DNA of 64,000 nt from Octopus sinensis (taxonomy: Eukaryota): NCBI RefSeq assembly GCF_006345805.1, contig NC_043011.1, positions 6,324,001 through 6,388,000 of the forward strand, written 5' to 3'. Under the pieces are notes generated by a model. The model was given only the letters and a program-made list of their open reading frames with translations. It searched no databases and was not told where the DNA came from. Position numbers and translations under genes: made by a program. The stretch's first letter is position 1. The number at the start of each line of letters is the position of its first letter. Shown here piece by piece: positions 50,433 to 61,400 of the stretch.

Positions 50433-50744
50433 GCCGATTACATCGACCCTCAGTGCGAAACAGGTACTTTATTTAATCGACCCCGAAAGGATGAAAGGCA
50501 AAGTTGACCTCGGCGGAATTTGAACTCAGAACGTAACGACAGACGAAATACCGCTAAGCATTTCGCCTGGCATGCTAGCCTTTCTGCCAGCTCGCCGCCA
50601 AATATAAAAAATTAAATTGAGAGAGAAAAAAATTCCCCCATAACTATCTTACTAGGGAAACCAAAAAAAAGGGGTGGTGGTGGTGAAAATGCTGCAGCAG
50701 CAGATGGTGGAGTGGAGTAATGAGTTACATACCCAAGAACAAAT

Positions 50745-51520
50745 GTTGTGGTTAGCCATGTCATGCAGACAGGATTGCCACAGAGAATGGCCAGTGACAC
50801 TGCAACAGCCATCCTGCCTTGCTGGGCTCATTTCTCAGATAGGCTGCAGTTATATTCTGATTTTGAGGGGGGAAATTTGTGTTGTGGGGTTCGAGTGCAT
50901 CTGAGGTCTCGACAGTGACTGATACAAGCTGATAGCGCCCAGTCAAGTTGCTGTCTTTGTTCATCTTTCTTTCCTCTGTATTATGGATAATGATACCTGG
51001 GTTTGCTTCTGATGCAGCAAGGTTGGAATCAGGGTACATGTCACAGTACATCATGTCTCAGATTAGGGATCTGCCTTCCTTATATGAGAAGAGTGGCGAG
51101 CTGGCGGAATCGTTAGCACGAAGGGCAAAATGCTTAGCAGTATTTCGTCTGCCGCTACGTTCTGAGTTCAAATTCTGCCGAGGTCGACTTTGCCTTTCAT
51201 CTTTTTGGGGTCGATTAAATAAGTACCAGTTACGCACTGGGGTCAATATAATCGACTTAATCCATTTGTCTGTCCTTGTTTGTCCCTTCTGTGTTTAGCC
51301 CCTTGTGGGTAGTAAAGAAATATATATGAGAAGAGGGTTATTCTGTCAGGGCACTTACCTTCTCTGTGGTCAAGACCTACAGGCTCTGGTTGTAATGCAA
51401 AGCCATCTGTGTCGAGAGAGCCCTTATGTCATTCAGAGTGGTGTGTCATAAACCCGTCCACACTCTGGCTACAAGATAATGAATGCAGGCTGACTCCATC
51501 GACTACCGTGGGTATCTTCT
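50745..51520 (-). pseudogene. CRE-type non-LTR retrotransposon C-terminus (zinc knuckle and restriction-like endonuclease), split by a SINE
   Basis: VDGVSLHSLSC...RH..LND...QPEPVGLDHREGKCPDRITLFSY|KEGRSLI*D..CD.YPDSNL...EERKMNK...VETSD. Confidence 0.75.
51094..51322 (+). mobile_element. SINE family B, full length, 13-bp target duplication
   Basis: tatatgagaagag at 51081-51093 and 51323-51335. Confidence 0.95.
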
Positions 51521-51995
51521 ATTGTAGCTTTTGGCAGATCAATGCCCTGCGAGTGAATTTAGTTGATGGAAATGGGGTAGGAGCCTGTTGTATGTATATG
51601 TGTTTGTGTCTGTTTTGTCACCTTGCACCACTTGACAAGCGGTGTTGGTTTGTTTACATTCCTGTAATGCAGTACCATACATTAAGGAAAAAGAAATACC
51701 CAATTTGTTTGACTGAAACCCTTCAAGGGGTGGGGAGGGGGTCAAAATGGCAAGCACCTGGGCTGTGCATGTTCAGTACAGGAAATTAGGTCTTTCTTTG
51801 TTGTAGAAATAGCCATGTTTCTAAAGTGGGTTCCAATCTGAAGAATTACACACAGCATGGGTAGTGGGATGTGGGGATTCCTATCCAATTTAGGTTGATT
51901 GCAAATCACTTTTTTAATTTGCCCTTCCCCTCAAACTTGAATTTTGCCACATGTGCACTTCTCATGCATGGACAGGCTACATGTGTTAATTTGTT

Positions 51996-52380
51996 ATTTT
52001 GTTTCAGTAGTTATACTGCGGCCATGCTGGGGCACCACCTTGAATTTTAGTCAAATAAATCAGCCCCAGGATTTGCTTTTTTCGTTAAGCCTGGTACTTA
52101 TTCTAATGGTCTCTTTTTGCCAAACAGCTAAGTTATATGGATGTAAACACACCAACACTGGTTTTCAAGAGTGGGGAACAAACACTGGTGCAAAAGCACA
52201 CACACACACACACATGTTGGACTTCTTTCAGTTTCTTTCTGCCAAATCCACCCACAAGGCTTTTGGTCAGCCCAAGGCTATAGTAGAAGACATTTGCCCG
52301 AGGTGTTGTGCAGTGGGACTGAACCTGGAATCGTCTGGTTGGGAAGCAATCTTCTTACCACACAGCCATGCCCGTGCCTA
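51996..52380 (-). mobile_element. SINE family A (older)
   Basis: Diverged match to consensus. Confidence 0.85.
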
Positions 52381-53520
52381 TGTAGCTAATAGCCAAAGGT
52401 CTTGCTTCTTTCTCTTTCTCATTAAGAATTATAATTTGATAATTAATATTCTGTTTGTAGAAATATGGTAACAACTTGATTTCCCATAGTTTGATCTTTA
52501 CACAAAGGATTTTGGTATTTCTTTCTCTTTCCCCTCTCAGCCCTCACTGGTCCCTCTCTCTTTGTGTCTCTCTTCTCACTCACCTCTCAATCTCTCTTTT
52601 CACTTGCTCTCCTCAAAACCCTCTTTTTGTCTCCACTTGCTCATCTCTTCTTCTCTTGTCTTTCCCCTCACTCATACCTCTTTCTTTGTGCCTACTTATC
52701 TCTCTCTCTCTCTTTCTCTCATCTTCCACTCAAAAGTCTCTCCCTTTTCTCTTACCTTTCCTCAGATTTGTCTTGTCTTTTAATCTCTCCCTTTCACTTC
52801 ATACCACCCTTTCCCCCCTCTTGGTTTCCTCCCCCATTTTCACTCCTTCCTTTCTCGCTTCACTCTTCCCGTCTCTACAATCTCTTCACTTGTCTCCAAT
52901 TAACAACTTAATAGTCTTGACTACTTTCCTACCAAAGCCACCATTATTAATCAGTTAGTAATTTAATTACAATACTAATTTAATGATGGAGCTGTGGCCA
53001 GAAAGTATCTTGTTAATTAATTACTAAACATTCCCTGTATGTATAGTAATTAATTTACTGTGTGTGTTGAAGTCAATGAATTACAAATAGAATTATAGAA
53101 AGCCTAAAACTTGTATGCAATGTATTGAATGTCCGTCCTCCCCAGTTCTCTGTTTGAATGGTGGTAAAACAGTGGAATAGTAGCCGTGATAGGTGTGGCA
53201 TTGGAATTTTTTAAAGGAAAGGTTTTATTTGAAAGCACTTGATTGAAGTATGTTTTTTCTGCTTACCTCATTGTTCTTACAAGGTCACAGCCTGTGTATT
53301 GATAATTGCGTTAAGGGTGTGGGATCTTATCTACCATATCCCATATATCTTATGGGATGGGTGTGCTGTGACTCTGTTGACCTACATTTTCAGATGTGAG
53401 TTATACCTACACCTGGGTAAAAAGATTACACTATAACTTTAAAGGTCTCCCAACTTTCTAGTGGATTTCGTAGACAGAGACCAAAAGAATTAAACTGTTT
53501 GATTCGTGTGTGTATATATA

Positions 53521-53595
53521 TATTCCGATGATCTACGGACATTTATGTAAGTAAACTTACGTAATATGGTAATAGTGAAACATGTATGCAAATAA
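53521..53595 (+). ncRNA. Possible degenerate hammerhead with extended stem II
   Basis: CCGAUGA ... hairpin UUAUGUAAGU/ACUUACGUAA ... GAAAC-AU-GUA; stem I poor. Confidence 0.35.
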
Positions 53596-54061
53596 TCCAT
53601 ATTTTTATTGCTTTTTCTTTTGTCTTGCTCGATTACGTTTTGGTTGTTTGGCTAAATTTTTCTTGAGAACATTTCTTAGTGGTAAGACCATAGCGGATCT
53701 ATTTCTAGCATAAGGGTGTCCACATAGTGGTTTCCCTCTAATATGTGTGTATGTGTATGTATGTATATATATATATATATATGATGTGTGTGTGTGTGTG
53801 TTTGTCCACCCCCACCATTTGACAACTGGTATTGGTTTGTGACTTAGCAGTTTGGCAAAAGAGGGTAATAGAATAAGTACCAGTTTACAAAAAGAAACAA
53901 ACTAAGTACAGGGTCGCTTCATTCAACCACAGCTGTTCAAGATGAAACCATCTGGACATTTTGTGGACATTCTGGAAGTCTTGTGAACACATTGGACATT
54001 GTGCCAGGTGTGCTGGACATGCTGTTATGGTCATGCTGCTTTTTTAAAGATCAGCCCTTAG

Positions 54062-54428
54062 TACAGTTCTATATTTAAGAGATGAGGAATTATGTACATT
54101 CTTTACATTTGACGGATATTTGTCGTCGTCTTTGTTGTTAACACGTTTCGGCTGAGACGGGAGGAGGAAGTCAACAAAGAGGAGAGGAGAATGACAATGA
54201 AGAGGAGAAGAATGATGGAAGAGGATGATGAAGAGGCAGAGGAAGACGGGGAGAGGAGAAGGATACTTAATATCCAACTCTTCAGAAAATGCTCATTAAC
54301 TCCTCTGAGCATGGGCTACTAACCCCAAGATTCCGAGTTCGATTCCAGGCAGTGACCTGAATAATAATAATAATGATAATGATAATGAAAGATACCCCAA
54401 GATTCCGAGTTTGATTCCAGGCAGTGAG

Positions 54429-54475
<47 letters not shown>

Positions 54476-54529
54476 TAATAATAATGAAAAATACCCCAAG
54501 ATTCCGAGTTCAATTCCAGGCAGTGACCC

Positions 54530-54564
<35 letters not shown>

Positions 54565-54690
54565 TAGAAATATATCTTAGGAATGAGAACCCAGGTTTGA
54601 AATTTCCCCAAGACACCTGATGAAGGCTGGAGGGTATATCAGCTGAAACGTTGTGTTAACAACAAACAAGATGAGGACAAATATCTATCA
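54062..54690 (+). mobile_element. tRNA-headed, hammerhead-bearing element with an inverted partial copy at its left end
   Basis: Three B-box modules with (AAT)n spacers, hammerhead at 54612-54657; 54062-54154 is the reverse complement of the 3' part. Confidence 0.7.
54612..54657 (+). ncRNA. Minimal type I hammerhead ribozyme, intact core
   Basis: GACAC-CUGAUGA-A-GGCUG-loop-CAGCU-GAAAC-GUU-GUGUU; AACGUU palindrome. Confidence 0.8.
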
Positions 54691-55439
54691 GCTCTTAATA
54701 TCTATTAACTTCTCAGTTAGACATTATTACTTTTTTTAACCAAATTGTTTTATAAGTATTAACAGAAATTGACTTTTTCTTTAGAAAATCAGTGAATTTC
54801 ATTTGCGCTCTCTCTCTCTCTCTCTTTCTTTCTCTCTCTTTTCCTCTTTTATCTTTTTGTCATCTTTGTTCTCTTCTCCTCCCTCTCTTCATATCCTTTT
54901 GTTTCTCCCTCACCTTATCACTGATACACCCACCCCCTGCTACCACATTTGTTTTCTGCATCAATGGTTCATATCCTTCCTTCTCCCTCATATCCATTGA
55001 AAGTAGGGTGTGGTGTGAGTCTGGCTACATGTCCACCTGTTTTTGCATAAAGAAGAATTTTCCACATGAATTTCAATAGCCTGAATGGTGTCCTAAATAA
55101 CTCAGTCAAGAGATGGACATGTGACTACTTCTTTTTAAATTTCCTCCTCTCAGATTTTCTGAATAACAATGAAATGACTTCTTTTCAAAGCCTAGACACA
55201 GGTTTCTAATTCATGCTTTGTTTAGTCTCAATCCCCATAAAAAAAACTCTCTTAACAGAAATGTTGCCATCAAGACTGACACATTTCAGAGGAGTTAATG
55301 AACATTTTCTGAAGAGATGGGTTATTGATTATCTTTCTCTCAACCCTCTTTGTCTTCCTCTTCCTCCTCTTCTTTTGCCATTATTCTCCTCCTCTTCCTT
55401 GTCATTTTCCCCTCCATCTCAGTCATTGTCCTTCCTTTG

Positions 55440-58400
55440 TTTCCATTGTGTCCCTTGGTCGTTATCCTCCCCCATCTCGGTCGTTGCCCTCCCCCATCTC
55501 GGTCGTTGTCCTCCACTGTCTCGGTTGTCGTCTTCTGCTGTCTCGGTCGTCGTCCTCCGCTGTCTTGGTTGTCGTCCTCCGCTGTCTCGGTCATTATCCT
55601 CCCCCATCTCGGTCGTCGTCCTCCGCTGTCTCGGTCGTTATCCTCCCCCATCTCAGTCATCGTCCTCCGCTGTCTCAGTCGTTATCCTCCCCCATCTTGG
55701 TCGTCGTCCTCCGCTGTCTCGGTCGTTATCCTCCCCCATCTCGGTCGTCGTCCTCCGCTGTCTCGGTCGTTATCCTCCCCCATCTCGGTCATCGTCCTCC
55801 GCTGTCTCAGTCGTTATCCTCCCCCATCTTGGTCGTCGTCCTCCGCTGTCTCGGTCGTTATCCTCCCCCATCTCGGTTGTTGTCCTCCGCTGCTGTCTCG
55901 GTTGTTATCCTCCCCCATCTCGGTCGTCATCCTCCGCTGTCTCAGTCGTTATCCTCCCCCATCTCGGTCGTCGTCATCCTCCGCTGTCTCGGTCGTTATC
56001 CTCCCCCATCTCGGTCGTCATCCTCCGCTGTCTCGGTCGTTATCCTCCCCCATCTCGGTTGTTGTCCTCTGCTGTCTCGGTCGTTATCCTCCCCCATCTC
56101 GGTCGTTGTCCTCCGCTGTCTCGGTCGTTATCCTCCCCCATCTCGGTCGTCGTCCTCCGCTGTCTCGGTCGTTATCCTCCCCCATCTCGGTCGTCGTCCT
56201 CTGCTGTCTCGGTTGTTATCCTCCCCCATCTCGGTCGTCGTCCTCCGCTGTCTTGGTCGTTATCCTCCCCCATCTCGGTTGTTGTCCTCTGCTGTCTCGG
56301 TCGTTATCCTCCCCCATCTCGGTCGTCGTCCTCCACTGTCTCGGTCGTTATCCTCCCCCATCTCGGTCGTCGTCCTCTGCTGTCTCGGTCGTCGTCCTCC
56401 GCTGTCTTGGTCGTTATCCTCCCCCATCTCGGTCGTCGTCCTCTGCTGTCTCGGTCGTTATCCTCCCCCATCTCGGTCGTCGTCCTCCGCTGTCTTGGTC
56501 GTTATCCTCCCCCATCTCGGTTGTCGTCCTCCGCTGTCTCGGTCGTTATCCTCCCCCATCTCGGTTGTTGTCCTCCGCTGTCTCGGTCGTTATCCTCCCC
56601 CATCTCGGTCGTCGATCTCTGCTGTCTCGGTCGTTATCCTCCTCCATCTCGGTCGTTGTCCTCCGCTGTCTCGGTCATTATCCTCCCCCATCTCGGTCGT
56701 CGTCCTCCGCTGTCTCGGTCGTTATCCTCCCCCATCTCGGTCGTCGTCCTCTGCTGTCTCGGTCGTTATCCTCCCCCATCTCGGTCATCGTCCTCCGCTG
56801 TCTCAGTCGTTATCCTCCCCCATCTTGGTCGTCGTCCTCCGCTGTCTCGGTCGTTATCATCCTCCCCCATCTCGGTTGTTGTCCTCCGCTGTCTCGGTTG
56901 TTATCCTCCCCCATCTCGGTCGTCATCCTCCGCTGTCTCAGTCGTTATCCTCCCCCATCTCGGTCGTCATCCTCCTCCGCTGTCTCGGTCGTTATCCTCC
57001 CCCATCTCGGTCGTCATCCTCCGCTGTCTCGGTCGTTATCCTCCCCCATCTCGGTTGTTGTCCTCCGCTGTCTCGGTCGTTATCCTCCCCACCCATCTCG
57101 TCGTCGTCCTCCGCTGTCTTGGTCGTTATCCTCCCCCATCTCGGTCTTCATCCTCCGCTGTCTCAGTCGTTATCCTCCCCATCTCGGTCGTCATCCTCCG
57201 CTGTCTCGGTCGTTATCCTCCCCCATCTCGGTCGTCGTCCTCCGCTATCTCGGTCTTATCCTCCCCCATCTCGGTCGTCATCCTCCGCTGTCTCGGTCGT
57301 TATCCTCCCCCATCTCGGTTGTTGTCCTCCGCTGTCTCGGTCGTTATCCTCCCCCATCTCGGTTGTCGTCCTCCGCTGTCTCGGTCGTATCCTCCCCCAT
57401 CGGTTGTTTCCTCTGCTGTCTCGTCGTTATCGGTCGTTATCCTCCCCCATCTCGGTCGTTGTCCTCCGCTGTCTCGGTCGTTATCCTCCTCCATCTCGGT
57501 CGTCGTCCTCCGCTGTCTCGGTCGTTATCCTCCCCCATCTCGGTCGTCGTCCTCTGCTGTCTCGGTTGTTATCCTCCCCCATCTCGGTCGTCGTCCTCCG
57601 CTGTCTTGGTCGTTATCCTCCCCCCATCTCGGTTGTTGTCCTCTGCTGTCTCGGTCGTTATCCTCCCCCATCTCGGTCGTCGTCCTCCACTGTCTCGGTC
57701 GTTATCCTCCCCCATCTCGGTCGTCGTCCTCTGCTGTCTCGGTCGTCGTCCTCCGCTGTCTGGGTCGTTATCCTCCCCCATCTCGGTCGTCGTCCTCTGC
57801 TGTCTCGGTCGTTATCCTCCCCCATCTCGGTCGTCGTCCTCCGCTGTCTTGGTCGTTATCCTCCCCATCTCGGTTGTCGTCCTCCGCTGTCTCGGTCGTT
57901 ATCCTCCCCCATCTCGGTTGTTGTCCTCCGCTGTCTCGGTCGTTATCCTCCCCCATCTCGGTCGTCGATCTCTGCTGTCTCGGTCGTTATCCTCCTCCAT
58001 CTCGGTCGTTGTCCTCCGCTGTCTCGGTCATTATCCTCCCCCATCTCGGTCGTCGTCCTCCGCTGTCTCGGTCGTTATCCTCCCCCATCTCGGTCGTCGT
58101 CCTCTGCTGTCTCGGTCGTTATCCTCCCCCATCTCGGTCATCGTCCTCCGCTGTCTCAGTCGTTATCCTCCCCCATCTTGGTCGTCGTCCTCCGCTGTCT
58201 CGGTCGTTATCCTCCCCCATCTCGGTTGTTGTCCTCCGCTGTCTCGGTTGTTATCCTCCCCCATCTCGGTCGTCATCCTCCGCTGTCTCAGTCGTTATCC
58301 TCCCCCATCTCGGTCGTCATCCTCCGCTGTCTCGGTCGTTATCCTCCCCCATCTCGGTCGTCATCCTCCGCTGTCTCGGTCGTTATCCTCCCCCATCTCG

Positions 58401-61400
58401 GTTGTTGTCCTCCGCTGTCTCGGTCGTTATCCTCCCCCATCTCGGTCGTCGTCCTCCGCTGTCTTGGTCGTTATCCTCCCCCATCTCGGTCTTCATCCTC
58501 CGCTGTCTCAGTCGTTATCCTCCCCATCTCGGTCGTCATCCTCCGCTGTCTCGGTCGTTATCCTCCCCCATCTCGGTCGTCGTCCTCCGCTATCTCGGTC
58601 GTTATCCTCCCCCATCTCGGTCGTCATCCTCCGCTGTCTCGGTCGTTATCCTCCCCCATCTCGGTTGTTGTCCTCCGCTGTCTCGGTCGTTATCCTCCCC
58701 CATCTCGGTTGTCGTCCTCCGCTGTCTCGGTCGTTATCCTCCCCCATCTCGGTTCTTGTCCTCCGCTGTCTCGGTCGTTATCCTCCCCCATCTCGGTTGT
58801 CGTCCTCCGCTGTCTCGGTCGTTATCCTCCCCCATCTCGGTCGTCGTCCTCTGCTGTCTCGGTCGTTATCCTCCCCCATCTCGGTTGTCGTCCTCCGCTG
58901 TCTCAGTCGTTATCCTCCCCCATGTCGGTTGTTGTCCTCTGCTGCCTCGGTCGTTATCCTCCCCCATCTCGGTCGTTGTCCTCCGCTGTCTCGGTCGTTA
59001 TCCTCCCCCATCTCGGTCGTCGTCCTCCGCTGTCTCGGTCGTTATCCTCCCCCATCTCGGTCGTCGTCCTCTGCTGTCTCTGTCATTATCCTCCCCCATC
59101 TCGGTCATCGTCCTCCGCTGTCTCGGTCGTTATCCTCCCCCATCTCGGTTGTTGTCCTCCGCTGTCTCGGTCGTTATCCTCCCCCATCTCGGTTGTTGTC
59201 CTCCGCTGTCTCGGTCGTTATCCTCCCCCATCTCGGTCGTCGTCCTCCGCTGTCTTGGTTGTCGTCCTCCGCTGTCTCGGTCATTATCCTCCCCCATCTC
59301 GGTCGTCGTCCTCCGCTGTCTCGGTCGTTATCCTCCCCCATCTCAGTCATCGTCCTCCGCTGTCTCAGTCGTTATCCTCCCCCATCTTGGTCGTCGTCCT
59401 CCGCTGTCTCGGTCGTTATCCTCCCCCATCTCGGTCGTCGTCCTCCGCTGTCTCGGTCGTTATCCTCCCCCATCTCGGTCATCGTCCTCCGCTGTCTCAG
59501 TCGTTATCCTCCCCCATCTTGGTCGTCGTCCTCCGCTGTCTCGGTCGTTATCCTCCCCCATCTCGGTTGTTGTCCTCCGCTGTCTCGGTTGTTATCCTCC
59601 CCCATCTCGGTCGTCATCCTCCGCTGTCTCAGTCGTTATCCTCCCCCATCTCGGTCGTCATCCTCCGCTGTCTCGGTCGTTATCCTCCCCCATCTCGGTC
59701 GTCATCCTCCGCTGTCTCGGTCGTTATCCTCCCCCATCTCGGTTGTTGTCCTCTGCTGTCTCGGTCGTTCCTCCCCCCATCTCGGTCGTTGTCCTCCGCT
59801 GTCTCGGTCGTTATCCTCCCCCATCTCGGTCGTCGTCCTCCGCTGTCTCGGTCGTTATCCTCCCCCATCTCGGTCGTCGTCCTCTGCTGTCTCGGTTGTT
59901 ATCCTCCCCCATCTCGGTCGTCGTCCTCCGCTGTCTTGGTCGTTATCCTCCCCCATCTCGGTTGTTGTCCTCTGCTGTCTCGGTCGTTATCCTCCCCCCC
60001 TCTCTCGGTCGTCGTCCTCCACTGTCTCGGTCGTTATCCTCCCCCATCTCGGTCGTCGTCCTCTGCTGTCTCGGTCGTCGTCCTCCGCTGTCTTGGTCGT
60101 TATCCTCCCCCATCTCGGTCGTCGTCCTCTGCTGTCTCGGTCGTTATCCTCCCCCATCTCGTCGTCGTCCTCCGCTGTCTTGGTCGTTATCCTCCCCATC
60201 TCGGTTGTCGTCCTCCGCTGTCTCGGTCGTTATCCTCCCCCATCTCGGTTGTTGTCCTCCGCTGTCTCGGTCGTTATCCTCCCCCATCTCGGTCGTCGAT
60301 CTCTGCTGTCTCGGTCGTTATCCTCCTCCATCTCGGTCGTTGTCCTCCGCTGTCTCGGTCATTATCCTCCCCCATCTCGGTCGTCGTCCTCGCTCTGTCT
60401 CGGTCGTTATCCTCCCCCATCTCGGTCGTCGTCCTCTGCTGTCTCGTCGTTATCCTCCCCCATCTCGGTCATCGTCCTCCGCTGTCTCCAGTCGTTATCC
60501 TCCCCCATCTTGGTCGTCGTCCTCCGCGCTGTCTCGGTCGTATCCTCCCCCATCTTCTCCGGTTGTTGTCCTCCGCTGTCTCGGTTGTTATCCTCCCCCA
60601 TCTCGGTCGTCATCCTCCGCTGTCTCAGTCGTTATCCTCCCCCATCTCGGTCGTCATCCTCCGCTGTCTCGGTCGTTATCCTCCCCCATCTCGGTCGTCA
60701 TCCTCCGCTGTCTCGGTCGTTATCCTCCCCCATCTCGGTTGTTGTCCTCCGCTGTCTCGGTCGTTATCCTCCCCCATCTCGGTCGTCGTCCTCCGCTGTC
60801 TTGGTCGTTATCCTCCCCCATCTCGGTCTTCATCCTCCGCTGTCTCAGTCGTTATCCTCCCCCATCTCGGTCGTCATCCTCCGCTGTCTCGGTCGTTATC
60901 CTCCCCCATCTCGGTCGTCGTCCTCCGCTATCTCGGTCGTTATCCTCCCCCATCTCGGTCGTCATCCTCCGCTGTCTCGGTCGTTATCCTCCCCCATCTC
61001 GGTTGTTGTCCTCCGCTGTCTCGGTCGTTATCCTCCCCCATCTCGGTTGTCGTCCTCCGCTGTCTCGGTCGTATATCCTCCCCCATCTCGGTTCTTGTCC
61101 TCCGCTGTCTCGGTCGTATCCTCCTCCCCCCATCTCGGTTGTCGTCCTCCGCTGTCTCGGTCGTTATCCTCCCCCATCTCGGTCGTCGTCCTCTGCTGTC
61201 TCGGTCGTTATCCTCCCCCATCTCGGTTGTCGTCCTCCGCTGTCTCAGTCGTTATCCTCCCCCATGTCGGTTGTTGTCCTCTGCTGCCTCGTCGTTATCC
61301 TCCCCCATCTCGGTCGTTGTCCTCCGCTGTCTCGGTCGTTATCCTCCCCCATCTCGGTCGTCGTCCTCCGCTGTCTCGGTCGTTATCCTCCCCCATCTCG

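Larger units (their letters stand above)
49281..50600 (-). mobile_element. SINE family B split at its internal TTAA by a piggyBac element
   Basis: gacagacaaagagaTTAA | 1.09-kb insert | gccgattacatcgaccc restores the SINE consensus. Confidence 0.9.

Noticed and set aside
54323-54531. Three ~37-bp repeats with spacers, CRISPR-like at a glance
   Set aside because: Spacers are (AAT)n microsatellite, repeats are tRNA-like B-box modules, no cas genes
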